Notes under the pieces: model-generated
What the model saw: only the letters and a program-made list of their open reading frames with translations
What the model was told of the DNA's origin: nothing
Databases searched by the model: none
Assembly (NCBI GenBank): GCA_050012755.1
Contig: JBEKGO010000022.1
Coordinates: 1-64,000 of the forward strand
Direction of reading: 5' to 3'
DNA length: 64,000 bases
Source: Candidatus Bathyarchaeia archaeon
GTDB lineage: Archaea; Thermoproteota; Bathyarchaeia; Bathyarchaeales; Bathycorpusculaceae
Shown here: piece by piece, positions 1 through 9,476 of the stretch
Position numbering within the stretch: position 1 is the first letter of the stretch
Layout of the letters: each line of letters starts with the position of its first letter
Program-made: the position numbers and the translations under genes

Positions 1-243
1 AACAGCTTTTGTAATTATTGCTGTATCACCTCGAACTAGCCCCGGCACCAAGATTTTGTCAAAGCTCGTTAGGTTCATGTTTTCTAAGCGCATAGCTATG
101 GTTTCAGGTGTTAACAAAGCGGCAACAGCAATTTTGAGGGCAACAACTTCTGTGTTTACGTTGCTCTGTTTGGCATAGCATTTGACTGCGTCCTCTGCAA
201 GTGCACCTGTAATCAAAAGAATTTTGCTGGTTTTAATTGACAC
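1..243 (-). CDS. Dihydropteroate synthase-like protein, N-terminal part (runs off the window edge)
   Basis: Manual translation from GTG at 243: (M)SIKTSKILLITGALAEDAVKCYAKQSNVNTEVVALKIAVAALLTPETIA...DKILVPGLVRGD. This resembles the N-terminus of archaeal DHPS-like proteins. It overlaps the RFAP synthase stop. Confidence 0.75.
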   Translation of the reverse strand, partial: MSIKTSKILLITGALAEDAVKCYAKQSNVNTEVVALKIAVAALLTPETIAMRLENMNLTSFDKILVPGLVRGDTAIITKAV

Positions 244-1186
244 GTTTTATGGTTGCTCCCTTATTGTTAGCTTTGGCAATGAATGCTTGCCCACCAACAC
301 CTTTGTTTAGGTAAGCTTTGACTTCCTTGAGCGCTTGTTTTGCTTCTTCTTTTTTTACTACACCGTAGAGTGCGGGCCCCCAAGAACTTTGCCCAACCCC
401 GTAAGCGCCAGTTTCCTTCATGAACTCTATGCATTCTGCAACGTCAGCTCGGGTGAATTTGCCACCTTGCACCTGCGCAAAATAACTTCCAATTATTTCT
501 TGAATTCGAGTCAGGGCTTCTCCAAAATTTTTAATGTCAACCTCAGCCAAGGCTGGAAGCAGTTTAAGCATTGTTAGGCGACAGATTTTGCCCACATCTT
601 CCGCCGGCATCTTCGAAAGTCTGTCAAAAGCATGATTTTCCTGCGAATTAGATAAGCCCTCAATCAAGTTTGGAATAGCAACCACAAATTGCCACTCTGT
701 CGGAAATGGCTGGCGATAAATTAGAAACGGAAACGGAGCGTTTTCACCTGTGCTTTTGCCGCCGTCAACTACAAATCCGCCTTTTTCAAAAATAGCTGTG
801 CCGACCCCTGTTCTTCTAGCTCTGCCCATAACAACTGTTAGTTCCTGAATCGACGCTTGCACGTTATACAGCCGTGCGAGGGCTACCGCGACGGCGAGGG
901 AAAGCTGGGTGCCGGAGCCTAAGCCGATATGCGCTGGAATAACCTTCTTAACATTGATGTGAATCTTAGGCGGCAGATTGTAAAAAGTGAGCAATCGGTT
1001 TGCCATGTCAGTGACCAATTTGGTTTCTTTGCCTTCGATAGATAATCCGTCTGATTTTTCAGCCTCAACAATAACGTTTGGGTGATCAATTCCGACGCCT
1101 AAACCGCCGAACATTCTGCCCAAATCACCATTTAAATCGATTAGCCCCAAGTGCAGCCGTGCAGGAGTTTTAACCCAAATCTTCAC
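233..1186 (-). CDS. mptG: Beta-ribofuranosylaminobenzene 5'-phosphate (RFAP) synthase, GHMP kinase family
   Basis: TPARLHLGLIDL N-terminus, PAHIGLGSGTQL GHMP motif, GGFVVDGG, GQSSWGP. Confidence 0.9.
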   Translation of the reverse strand: MKIWVKTPARLHLGLIDLNGDLGRMFGGLGVGIDHPNVIVEAEKSDGLSIEGKETKLVTDMANRLLTFYNLPPKIHINVKKVIPAHIGLGSGTQLSLAVAVALARLYNVQASIQELTVVMGRARRTGVGTAIFEKGGFVVDGGKSTGENAPFPFLIYRQPFPTEWQFVVAIPNLIEGLSNSQENHAFDRLSKMPAEDVGKICRLTMLKLLPALAEVDIKNFGEALTRIQEIIGSYFAQVQGGKFTRADVAECIEFMKETGAYGVGQSSWGPALYGVVKKEEAKQALKEVKAYLNKGVGGQAFIAKANNKGATIKRVN

Positions 1187-1836
1187 CTATGGATTCCCCA
1201 CGAATCGATTCTTTTGAGTAAATCGGCCATAACAAGAGAATAAGATGAATCTGGAGCAACCCGATTCACCACATCACTGCATTGCTTAACCATTTCCAAA
1301 AGGTTCTGAACCTCAAGCTGCTGGCGTTCATCTTTTGCGAAAGCTTGGATTCGGGTTGCATGTATGATGGCTTCAAGGGTTGCTGACATTGCACGACAAT
1401 GGACCTGTGGGTACTTTTGTGTTGCCTCAATCAGCTTAACGTTGAAAACGACCTTGGTTTTTTCTTTGCCAAACGGTGCTAAATCATCGGCTGACATTTC
1501 AACCACAGCGTCTGCTGTGTGAAGCTTGGGAGCGTTAATCGATTTGGATTTTTCAAACCATTCCTTTGGCAATTTGCCGTTTGGGTTTGCTTCTTTGAAT
1601 GTTGTTTTGTAAAAAAGATCTATGTTGCTTGTTAAATTAGCGACTGCGCACCGATTGGCTTTGATGTTTTGAAACGTTGAGGAAGAATTGAAAAGGTTTA
1701 CGACTATATGCGAGGGGTCTTGCATGATTGTGCCCATGGGTGCAGCGTTCGGTGTTCCGTCTTTGTTGTATGTTGAAATGATGGTCTCCGCTATTATGCC
1801 TCTTTGGAAACCCAGCTCGGTTAAATCGACCATCAT
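1183..1836 (-). CDS. DUF447 family protein (flavin-binding split-barrel-like)
   Basis: ETIISTYNKDGTPNAAPMG and LEAIIHATR; adjacent to RFAP synthase. Probable start 1836 or 1833 (ORF track starts at 1929). Confidence 0.8.
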   Translation of the reverse strand: MMVDLTELGFQRGIIAETIISTYNKDGTPNAAPMGTIMQDPSHIVVNLFNSSSTFQNIKANRCAVANLTSNIDLFYKTTFKEANPNGKLPKEWFEKSKSINAPKLHTADAVVEMSADDLAPFGKEKTKVVFNVKLIEATQKYPQVHCRAMSATLEAIIHATRIQAFAKDERQQLEVQNLLEMVKQCSDVVNRVAPDSSYSLVMADLLKRIDSWGIHR

Positions 1837-2070
1837 ATCCCATCTTGCTACTAGAAGGTCGAAAGTATTTCGTTTCAACCGAATGTAAAAAATCACAGTG
1901 CCATAATAAAGTTTTGCCAACATAAACATCGGTGCCCTTTAAGCAGACATATCTGCAATCCAAAGCGCCAGTTCTAAAATTCGCTTGCTTATGAAAAGTT
2001 TAGATTAATAGGCAGGCATTTAATCTCAAAACCGCCATAATCACAACAAACAACATTACAGTGCAAAACT

Positions 2071-2586
2071 TTGCAAAAAACAATCTTGATTCCCGCTATC
2101 ATAAGTTCTTCCAGAATTGCAGTTCTACCCCTCTTCTTCTACTTCTACAACCCAGCAAACATAGCTCCATGCTTAGTCTTGCTTGCTTTTTCAGCCAGCA
2201 CAGACTTTTTTGACGGCTACGTGGCAAGAAAACTGGGAGCGGCTTCAAGATTTGGCGCATATTACGATGCCACAACAGACTTTGTCCTAGTAATTGGCGT
2301 ATTTCTATTTTTTACAGCCGATGGATTCTACCCGATTTGGTTACCGCTGCTAATAGCCATATCATTTGTTCAATTCATAGTGACAAGCTACTACGTCAAA
2401 AAGGTATACGACCCCATAGGCAAGTACATTGGAAGCGCCCTGTACATAGGCATAGTCTTAACGCTTGTTTTTCCCACTCAAGCAACATACACCTTCGTGC
2501 AGTATGCGTTTGTAGGATTTTTCTTAGTCTCGCTTGGAAGCCGTATCGCAAACTTAGCGAGAAAACGCGATTCCAAATTAAACTAA
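2071..2586 (+). CDS. CDP-alcohol phosphatidyltransferase family protein
   Basis: DFFDGYVARKLGAASRFGAYYDATTD matches DxxDGxxAR...G...DxxxD; hydrophobic protein. Confidence 0.9.
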   Translation: MQKTILIPAIISSSRIAVLPLFFYFYNPANIAPCLVLLAFSASTDFFDGYVARKLGAASRFGAYYDATTDFVLVIGVFLFFTADGFYPIWLPLLIAISFVQFIVTSYYVKKVYDPIGKYIGSALYIGIVLTLVFPTQATYTFVQYAFVGFFLVSLGSRIANLARKRDSKLN

Positions 2587-2630
2587 TATATCCAATCAAT
2601 TTTCTTATTATTCTTAAATTCGGTGTGAGT

Positions 2631-3650
2631 TTGCAGGAACCAAATTTCAAAAAAACAATTGCACCAGACCAGATTCGAGTTTCATCAGGATCCGCCATAG
2701 TCCTCGGGCTGCTAAAGGGCAAATTAGATGCTGAACCTACAACAGCTTATCTTATGACTTACAAAATGGGCAAGTGTACGGCTAACTGCGGTTTCTGCCC
2801 CCAAGCCAGAGAAAGCAAAAGCAGCACGGAATTACTGTCTAGAGTTTCATGGCCAACTTTTTCAACCATCGATGTTGTAAAAGCAATAAGCTACACGTTC
2901 GACAAGGGAAAAATTAAACGGGTCTGCATCCAAGCCCTGAATTACTCACAAACTTTTTCTCATCTCTATGCGCTCGTAAAGGAAATAAAGAACCAAGTAC
3001 ATGTTCCAGTTTCGGTTTCTTGCCAACCAATTAACAAGGAAAACGTCCAGCTCATCGCAAAAGCAGGCGTTGATAGGTTGGGAATAGCGTTGGATGCAGC
3101 AACAAAAGCCTTATTCAAAAAAGTTAAGGGCAAAGATGCAGGCGGCTGTTACAGTTGGGAGAATCAGTTCAGCATGTTAAGTGAAGCTCTAGATGTTTTT
3201 GGAAAAGGAAACGTAAGCACACATTTAATCGTGGGGTTGGGCGAAACGGAAAAGGAAGCAGCCCAGATTATTCAAAAATGTATAGACATGGGTGTTTTGC
3301 CAGCTCTTTTTGCTTTTACTCCAATCCGCGGCACGACACTGGAAAACAAATCTCCGCCGGCGTTAGAATCCTATCGGCGAGTGCAGCTTGGAAGGTTCTT
3401 AATCCTCAAACGTTTGACAACATTTGAGGCTATGCAATTTGATAATGAGGGCAAAATAATTGGATTTGGATTAACAAATCATGAGCTGAAACGGACAATC
3501 GAATCTGCGGAGCCTTTTCTCACTTCCGGATGCAAAGACTGCAACCGCCCCTTCTACAATGAAAAACCAAGCGGACCCATCTACAATTACCCAAAAAAAC
3601 CAAACAAAGAAGAATTAGAAAAAATAAAACAGCAATTTAACTGTTATTAA
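2631..3650 (+). CDS. Radical SAM protein, biotin-synthase-related; LipS2-like archaeal lipoyl synthase component
   Basis: CTANCGFC radical SAM motif, HLIVGLGETE, and C-terminal TSGCKDCNRP resembling the TxGCPxC(N/D)RP motif of LipS2. Likely TTG start after a GGTG SD (ORF track starts at 2337). Confidence 0.75.
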   Translation: MQEPNFKKTIAPDQIRVSSGSAIVLGLLKGKLDAEPTTAYLMTYKMGKCTANCGFCPQARESKSSTELLSRVSWPTFSTIDVVKAISYTFDKGKIKRVCIQALNYSQTFSHLYALVKEIKNQVHVPVSVSCQPINKENVQLIAKAGVDRLGIALDAATKALFKKVKGKDAGGCYSWENQFSMLSEALDVFGKGNVSTHLIVGLGETEKEAAQIIQKCIDMGVLPALFAFTPIRGTTLENKSPPALESYRRVQLGRFLILKRLTTFEAMQFDNEGKIIGFGLTNHELKRTIESAEPFLTSGCKDCNRPFYNEKPSGPIYNYPKKPNKEELEKIKQQFNCY

Positions 3651-4954
3651 ACTACCAATTTATCAGCTGTTTGAAGAGGCTGTTTTTTGCTCGGTGGGGG
3701 CAGTTTAGGCTTTTGCCTTGTAACTTGCTCAACCAAGCGCCAGAACTCCTCCATAGTGTAACCTTTCAGCAGTTCTTTCATGAGTTTTTTAACTTGGTAG
3801 TAAGTCATTTGAGCCTCGCCTTTGTCCAAGCTTTCTTGTGGACCTTTAATGCGCCTGAAAAGTTCATCCATTTGTCTTGGTGAAGCCCTAATTCCAGCTT
3901 TTTCTAGAAGCTTCTGGATGAGCGTCTGACCTGTGTTTCTGCCTATGAAAATCATTGTTTCCCTGCCTACGATTTCAGGTGGGAAGGGCTCAAAAACGAG
4001 GGGCTGAGCCATCATTTCTTCCACATCTTCTTCAACTTCATGTGTGAAAATGTTTTCGCCGATGATGGGTTTATGGAATTGAATTGGCAGTGCAAACGCT
4101 TTTTCGGCTGATTGAGCAAGACGGTAGATTTTTCCCAAATCAATTCCGGTATCGATATTATAGAGTAATTCTGTAGCTGTTACAACCTCTTCGAAGGGAG
4201 CTATTCCTGCGCGTTCACCAAATCCAGCAATGCACGTATGCAGGTATTGCACGCCTTCTTCCATGGCTGCTAACGTGTTTGCTGAGCCCAAGCCGAAATC
4301 ATTGTGACAATGGATTGAGAGTGGCACTTTCTTTCTTATAGCATCCGGTAAGCCATCACGAATATGAGACATTAAGTAACGCATGGATAGCGGTCTCATG
4401 AACCCAACGGAGTCAGCTATTCCCAGTCGGATCGCACCGGCTTTGCCAGCGGCTTCAAAAACTTCAAGGATGTCTTCAAGCGGGGTTCTTGTTCCGTCCA
4501 TAAGGACGAAATTGACGGTTGCTCCATGTTTTTTTGCGTAGTCGATATTTTCAACTATTTTTTGTAATGCTTGTTCTTTGGTTATTTTTAGTTTGTATTG
4601 AAGGTTTAAACCGTTTATAGGTGATTCAATTGTAATTTCTTTGACGCCGCACTCTAAACAGGCGTTTACGCTGTTTTTGGTTGCTTCAGCTGAAGCAGTA
4701 AGTTTTGCATTAATGAAACTTTCATTAATGATCCGTTTGACGTTGCGTTTTTCGTCTTCAGAAATTGCTGGGAAACCAACGTTAATTATGGCCACGCCAG
4801 CTTCATCCATGAACTTTGCCAGCCTAACTTGCTCAACGTAGGTTAAGTAGACTGTTGGCGCCTTGATGCCCTCTCTGAAAGTTTCGTCCCAAATAAATAC
4901 GCGGTCAGGAAGTTTAGGTGGCAAATTCTTTCTCAGACGATTGTAATTTGTCAT
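3647..4954 (-). CDS. Homocitrate/isopropylmalate synthase family (DRE-TIM) protein with a degenerate active site
   Basis: DETFREG, VGFPAIS, IADSVG, HCHNDFG and GERAG motifs present; several catalytic positions substituted (see findings). Confidence 0.8.
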   Translation of the reverse strand: MTNYNRLRKNLPPKLPDRVFIWDETFREGIKAPTVYLTYVEQVRLAKFMDEAGVAIINVGFPAISEDEKRNVKRIINESFINAKLTASAEATKNSVNACLECGVKEITIESPINGLNLQYKLKITKEQALQKIVENIDYAKKHGATVNFVLMDGTRTPLEDILEVFEAAGKAGAIRLGIADSVGFMRPLSMRYLMSHIRDGLPDAIRKKVPLSIHCHNDFGLGSANTLAAMEEGVQYLHTCIAGFGERAGIAPFEEVVTATELLYNIDTGIDLGKIYRLAQSAEKAFALPIQFHKPIIGENIFTHEVEEDVEEMMAQPLVFEPFPPEIVGRETMIFIGRNTGQTLIQKLLEKAGIRASPRQMDELFRRIKGPQESLDKGEAQMTYYQVKKLMKELLKGYTMEEFWRLVEQVTRQKPKLPPPSKKQPLQTADKLVV

Positions 4955-5206
4955 TAGCCCCTGAGCTTCTAACTTTTTAAATATAGTCTTTCTCATCGAG
5001 ACACAATCCAACAATATGGAAGCTACATAGCAAGGTTAAGTTGCAGATTCCAATATAAAACTGCATCGTAAACAGCCCTTGACACGTCAGCGCTATCAGG
5101 AACAACTAACGATCAGCCAGTAATCAAAAAGTAAGATATTGATAAGTATGTTGCAAAAGACTTAATTGTAAAAAGAAGAATAATACCTGCAAAGGGGCAT
5201 AGGAAA

Positions 5207-5419
5207 ATGAGCAGCCTTCAAAAGACAATCGAAAAAATAAAGAATTTAGAAGTAGAAAAGAAAAACCTTCTTCTTGAAATTGAGGGGCTTAAAAAAATGG
5301 CTGATGCAAAGGCTACTGCATTAGAAAATGAGATTGTTGCCCTACGTGAAGAAGTTAAATCACTTAAAGTTTTAATGGGCGCAGAACAGCCAAACTCAAA
5401 CCAACTTAAAATTACTTAG
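5207..5419 (+). CDS. Small coiled-coil hypothetical protein
   Basis: 70 aa with a heptad pattern; AGGA SD upstream. Confidence 0.65.
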   Translation: MSSLQKTIEKIKNLEVEKKNLLLEIEGLKKMADAKATALENEIVALREEVKSLKVLMGAEQPNSNQLKIT

Positions 5420-5447
5420 CGATCATTCGCTTCTATCCCAATTTGTG

Positions 5448-6305
5448 TTAGGCTTGTTCAGGCGACGTAGGAGATCTTTGGATAAGAGCATTTATGGTAT
5501 TTGCCAACGCATTTGTTGCAGTTTGTCTTGGATCTGTGGATGTGTCGGCTTCAAGTTTTTCAAGTTCTTTATGTAAGCTATCGGATTTTTCAGTCAGTTC
5601 TTGTTTTCTTTTTTCGTAGTTATCATGCATTTTTTCTTGTTCAGCAGTGAAGTTCTCGAGCGTTACCTGTAATTCGTTTTTTGTAGATTTTAGCTCTTGT
5701 TGTGTCTGTTCAAGTTGCTGTGCAGCTTTTCGCCGTGCGTTTAGCTTATAAAAGCTGATTTTAATTTCTTGCTGATTGGCAACGCTTTCTTCCAATTCAC
5801 GGATTTTAGTGCTTAGACGTTGAACGTCAGCGTTTCGTTTGAAGCTACGTTCTCTTGTTTTTTCAGCATATTCCTTATCGGTTTCCACTATGAGGTGGCT
5901 CGTGTCAGCCAACTCTTTTGCTTCATCGGAGAGGTTATTTTCTTGGAGCCTTTTTTCTGCAAGAGCACCTTCGACGTCTAGAAAAATCTGTAAACGCTCC
6001 TTTACAAATTGTTCATCAATTTGTATAACTGGATTGGATTCGAATTCTGAAACAACTTGTTTTAGAGAAACAAGCCAATCATCAAAGTATTCACTAAATG
6101 GTGAAAGAGCAAAAATTTGATTACCAAGCCTATTTAGTGTACCGAGGGTTTTTTCTACAACTTCCTTTGCTGAAATCTCAGCCTGCTCTTCAATGTATTT
6201 ACCGCCAGAACGCTGCTTTCTTTCCTTCGCTTTCTTGTCATGTGCTGCCCTTGAGAATTGCCGAGCGGCACCTCTTCGTGAACCAGTTTGAGGTCTAAAG
6301 CTCAT
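5448..6305 (-). CDS. Long coiled-coil hypothetical protein
   Basis: Q/E/K-rich helical ORF; likely start MSFRPQ at 6305. Confidence 0.7.
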   Translation of the reverse strand: MSFRPQTGSRRGAARQFSRAAHDKKAKERKQRSGGKYIEEQAEISAKEVVEKTLGTLNRLGNQIFALSPFSEYFDDWLVSLKQVVSEFESNPVIQIDEQFVKERLQIFLDVEGALAEKRLQENNLSDEAKELADTSHLIVETDKEYAEKTRERSFKRNADVQRLSTKIRELEESVANQQEIKISFYKLNARRKAAQQLEQTQQELKSTKNELQVTLENFTAEQEKMHDNYEKRKQELTEKSDSLHKELEKLEADTSTDPRQTATNALANTINALIQRSPTSPEQA

Positions 6306-6385
6306 AAACAACCAGTGCTCTAAAGAAATATTTAAACAATGCACAAATCATTTGACTCTAGCTTGTGAGGGCAGCGGTGAAACGT

Positions 6386-7327
6386 TTACCTGTCGCGCCT
6401 AGAACCTGTTTTTCTCGGAACTACAACTATTTTTGTTTCCTGAGGCTTGCGTCGCTTTAACACCACAATGACTCCGACTACTGCTAGGACAACTACTACA
6501 GCTATTGCTGCGACCAACGTTAGGTTCAAAGATTTAGCAGTAGAGTCGTTGCCTGCAACTGGAGATCCACTGCCTTGATATGGAGTAACCGAAGGTGCTG
6601 ATCCCTGAAGAATTGGCAGTTGTGTTTGAACGAGAAGTGAATAGCTTGCAATTTTCAGATACGAAGGTACCTCGGACTGATTTAAGTCCAATGCATAAAT
6701 TTGGAAAGTTGTTTTTGCAGAAGGAGCTAAGTTATTCGGAGTTAGGTAAGTTGTGTATCCGACTCCAACTACTGAACCTGTAGAGTTGTAAAATTCCCCA
6801 ACTACTGTGATGTTTGTCGCAGTCTGGCTGCCTGTATTCTCAATTTCCCCGCTAACGCCGTAAGCGCCGTTGTAATCTCCACTGGTTCCGATTGAAGGCG
6901 TGCTGCTTGTGATTTTCAGGTCTGGATACTGATACTCACTAGTTGCGTTCGCTTGCGCCACGCTTAACTGAACATTAGTAACGTCTCCTGGTTCCCAAGT
7001 ATTATCGTCCTGTGGCGGCGCAAATTCCATCATAAAGGGTGCTTTCTGTTGCGGAACAATATAGGCAACCCAAGCTGTAGTGAAAGAATCGCTCACATCA
7101 AGCCCATTTTCATCAAAGATGGACCCTCGCAAGTCTACGGAGGCAATAGTGTTCACACCAACGTTCTGAATCTCACCTGTAACATCGAGAACACCGGAAG
7201 AATCAACATAATATGAATAATTTGTTACTTTGATGTCTTCAGTTTGGCCGAGTATTCGTGGAATTGAAGAGAATGTTAAGGAAACAATAACTATTGCAAT
7301 TAGAATGCACATCACTCTTTTTTCCAT
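6386..7327 (-). CDS. Membrane-anchored surface protein with two FxLYD-type Ig-like domains
   Basis: Signal peptide; two repeats (VTGEIQNVG...GSIFDENG and VSGEIENTG...GEFYNSTG); C-terminal TM helix followed by KRRK. Confidence 0.75.
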   Translation of the reverse strand: MEKRVMCILIAIVIVSLTFSSIPRILGQTEDIKVTNYSYYVDSSGVLDVTGEIQNVGVNTIASVDLRGSIFDENGLDVSDSFTTAWVAYIVPQQKAPFMMEFAPPQDDNTWEPGDVTNVQLSVAQANATSEYQYPDLKITSSTPSIGTSGDYNGAYGVSGEIENTGSQTATNITVVGEFYNSTGSVVGVGYTTYLTPNNLAPSAKTTFQIYALDLNQSEVPSYLKIASYSLLVQTQLPILQGSAPSVTPYQGSGSPVAGNDSTAKSLNLTLVAAIAVVVVLAVVGVIVVLKRRKPQETKIVVVPRKTGSRRDR

Positions 7328-7587
7328 GAATTCTCGCCCCTCATCCGTATGATTTCTAACAAAGCATCTTCGTACTATAAAACAGTTTTTCAAAATCAAG
7401 CCTCAATTGAAAATCTAAATTCCAACCATTTTTAGAAGAATCAAAGGTTATTGTTTATCTGGCAAGCAACCGATAAATAAAAAGCCAACTTACAGCAAAG
7501 CCGTCTTTCCTCAACGCCCTACAGCAGCAGAAAAAAGGATAATTCTTAAATGTAAAAGTATTATTATCTTCTAAGAAAAGGAATATT

Positions 7588-8067
7588 ATGACTGAAAAGT
7601 TACATCCATATGTAGTATTTCTTCCCACTGAGAAAAAAGATAAGATTCTAAGCGCCATCTTCGGTTCAAAGGCTGGTGTAGACCTTTTGAGATTCTCACT
7701 CAAACAAGGCATATCAAAAAACATCTACCAAAAAGAACTCGTGAAACAATTAAACTACTCAAACAAGACAATAATTGAAAACCTAAAAGCCCTAACCAAA
7801 CTCGGCGTACTAAACGAAAGCATGGAAAAAGATGAGAAAGAAGGAAGAATCATTTGGGTAAAAACTTATCAGTTAACAAACCTTGGCAAATGGTTTGCGC
7901 TTTTAATGGCTGAAGAAAAAGAGCTCACGGAACAAGAAAAAGCCGAAATCCTCCAAAGCCTATTCAGAACATACGTTAAACAAGTTAAACGCTTGGCAGA
8001 AGAAATAGGAATAAACAAGAAAATGTTGGAAGAAACCTTCAGAGAAGAAATGAAAACCACCCCATAA
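7588..8067 (+). CDS. Winged-helix DNA-binding protein / transcriptional regulator
   Basis: IYQKELVKQLNYSNKTIIENLKALTKLGVL helix-turn-helix, followed by wing and YQLTNLG. Confidence 0.75.
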   Translation: MTEKLHPYVVFLPTEKKDKILSAIFGSKAGVDLLRFSLKQGISKNIYQKELVKQLNYSNKTIIENLKALTKLGVLNESMEKDEKEGRIIWVKTYQLTNLGKWFALLMAEEKELTEQEKAEILQSLFRTYVKQVKRLAEEIGINKKMLEETFREEMKTTP

Positions 8068-8124
8068 ACAATTCCAGCCAAAAATTAACAATTAGACTAA
8101 TGAATTCAGCCGCATTAAGAAACG

Positions 8125-8239
8125 GAAAGGACGGGTTGGTTTTGGGTTGTGGGGTTTGGAGATAGTTTGAGGGGGGAGAAGGGAGAGCGTGCCAAAAAAT
8201 TAATTGTTCTCCAAACCTTTCCACCCAACCCATCTTTTC
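8125..8239. repeat. Imperfect long inverted repeat between the convergent wHTH and cdvC genes
   Basis: GGTTTGGAGA (8153-8162) pairs perfectly with TCTCCAAACC (8208-8217); GAAAGGACGGGTTGG (8125-8139) pairs 13/15 with CCAACCCATCTTTTC (8225-8239). Confidence 0.6.
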
Positions 8240-8264
8240 TGGTTTTGTTTTTGCCCTCCATTAG

Positions 8265-9449
8265 TTATAAGGCTTTGAAAGCCTCAAACCACCTACTGTA
8301 CGCTGATAGCATATCTAAGGAGACGCTTGGTTTACGTTCTTCAAGGATTTGTCTGAAGTCAGTCATAGTTAAGAGTCGTGGCTTTGCTTCTTTGTCCATT
8401 GCTTTGCCTGATTCAAAGAATTCTCCTATAAGTTTAAGCTGCGCTGATTGGCAGACGTCCCTTATGTCGCTTCCTGAGAATCCTTCAGAAAGCCGAGCTA
8501 ACTCTTGCAGATCTACATCTGTATCTATTGCTAGAGTGCTAGAGTAGAGTTTAAGCATACTTAGTCTGGTGCCGTGATCTGCCAATGGAACAAGAATTCT
8601 TTTTTGGAAACGCCTAATGAAAGCCCAGTCCAAGTCCCATGGTTTGTTTGTTGCGCCTATAACGTAAACGTGAAGGTTTTTGCCTTTGTCAACTATGCCA
8701 TCCATTTCTTTTAGGAACTGGTTTCGGACACGTATTTCTCCGCCGACTTCGTTAGTGTGTGCTCCCATCAGTGAGTCTAATTCGTCAACGAATACTATGG
8801 CTGGTTTGCCTTCGATGGCTGATTTGCGGGCTGTTCCAAATAATTTTGAAACGTTCTGTTCAGCTTCGCCAAGCCACTTAGACATAATTGACGCCGCATC
8901 GATAGAGTAGAAGTTTGCATCGATTTCAGTTGCAACTGCCGCGGCCAAGAGGGTTTTGCCACAACCAGGTGGACCAAATAGCAGGATGCCGCGTGGCCAA
9001 CCCAGAGGGAACAAATCTGGCCTTTGTACTGGGTAAACAATGGCTTCTTTCACTGCTTTTTTAGCGGTATCTAAACCGACTACTTCACCCCAGCTAATGT
9101 TAGGTTTTTCCGTAACTACGAGTTCTTCATTTTTACCGTTTCCGTTACCGCCGTTACCTTCCATAGTTGCTCCTCCACCGCCTTCGTTATCGTTATTGGC
9201 TGCCTCGTTCATTTCATGAGAAGAAACTGCTCCCTGCAAAGCTTTGATTCTTTCCTGGTAAGCGATGGCTCTTTGAACATAAACTTTGTTCAAGCCGTAT
9301 TCAGGGTAAAGCTGTACGAGCTGCAGTAAACTTTCAATTGCTTTTTGATAGAGGGTTATTGCTCTGCCTTTTTGCCCTTGCTTATCCAAGCGTACAGCAT
9401 CTAGGGCATAAGCTGTCGCTGCTTTTTCCAGTTCATTTGATGCGCTCAT
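8265..9449 (-). CDS. cdvC: Vps4/CdvC AAA+ ATPase with N-terminal MIT domain
   Basis: MIT helices (A...AVRLDKQG...AITLYQKAIE), Walker A GPPGCGKT, pore loop SKWLGE, Walker B VFVDELD, ATNKPWDLD, IRRF. Confidence 0.95.
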   Translation of the reverse strand: MSASNELEKAATAYALDAVRLDKQGQKGRAITLYQKAIESLLQLVQLYPEYGLNKVYVQRAIAYQERIKALQGAVSSHEMNEAANNDNEGGGGATMEGNGGNGNGKNEELVVTEKPNISWGEVVGLDTAKKAVKEAIVYPVQRPDLFPLGWPRGILLFGPPGCGKTLLAAAVATEIDANFYSIDAASIMSKWLGEAEQNVSKLFGTARKSAIEGKPAIVFVDELDSLMGAHTNEVGGEIRVRNQFLKEMDGIVDKGKNLHVYVIGATNKPWDLDWAFIRRFQKRILVPLADHGTRLSMLKLYSSTLAIDTDVDLQELARLSEGFSGSDIRDVCQSAQLKLIGEFFESGKAMDKEAKPRLLTMTDFRQILEERKPSVSLDMLSAYSRWFEAFKAL

Positions 9450-9476
9450 TTTTTTTCTCCCACTTCTCCTTTTTTT

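Noticed and set aside
2337-2630. Long N-terminal extension of the radical SAM ORF
   Set aside because: It overlaps the CDP-alcohol phosphatidyltransferase gene in another frame; a better start with an SD lies at 2631.
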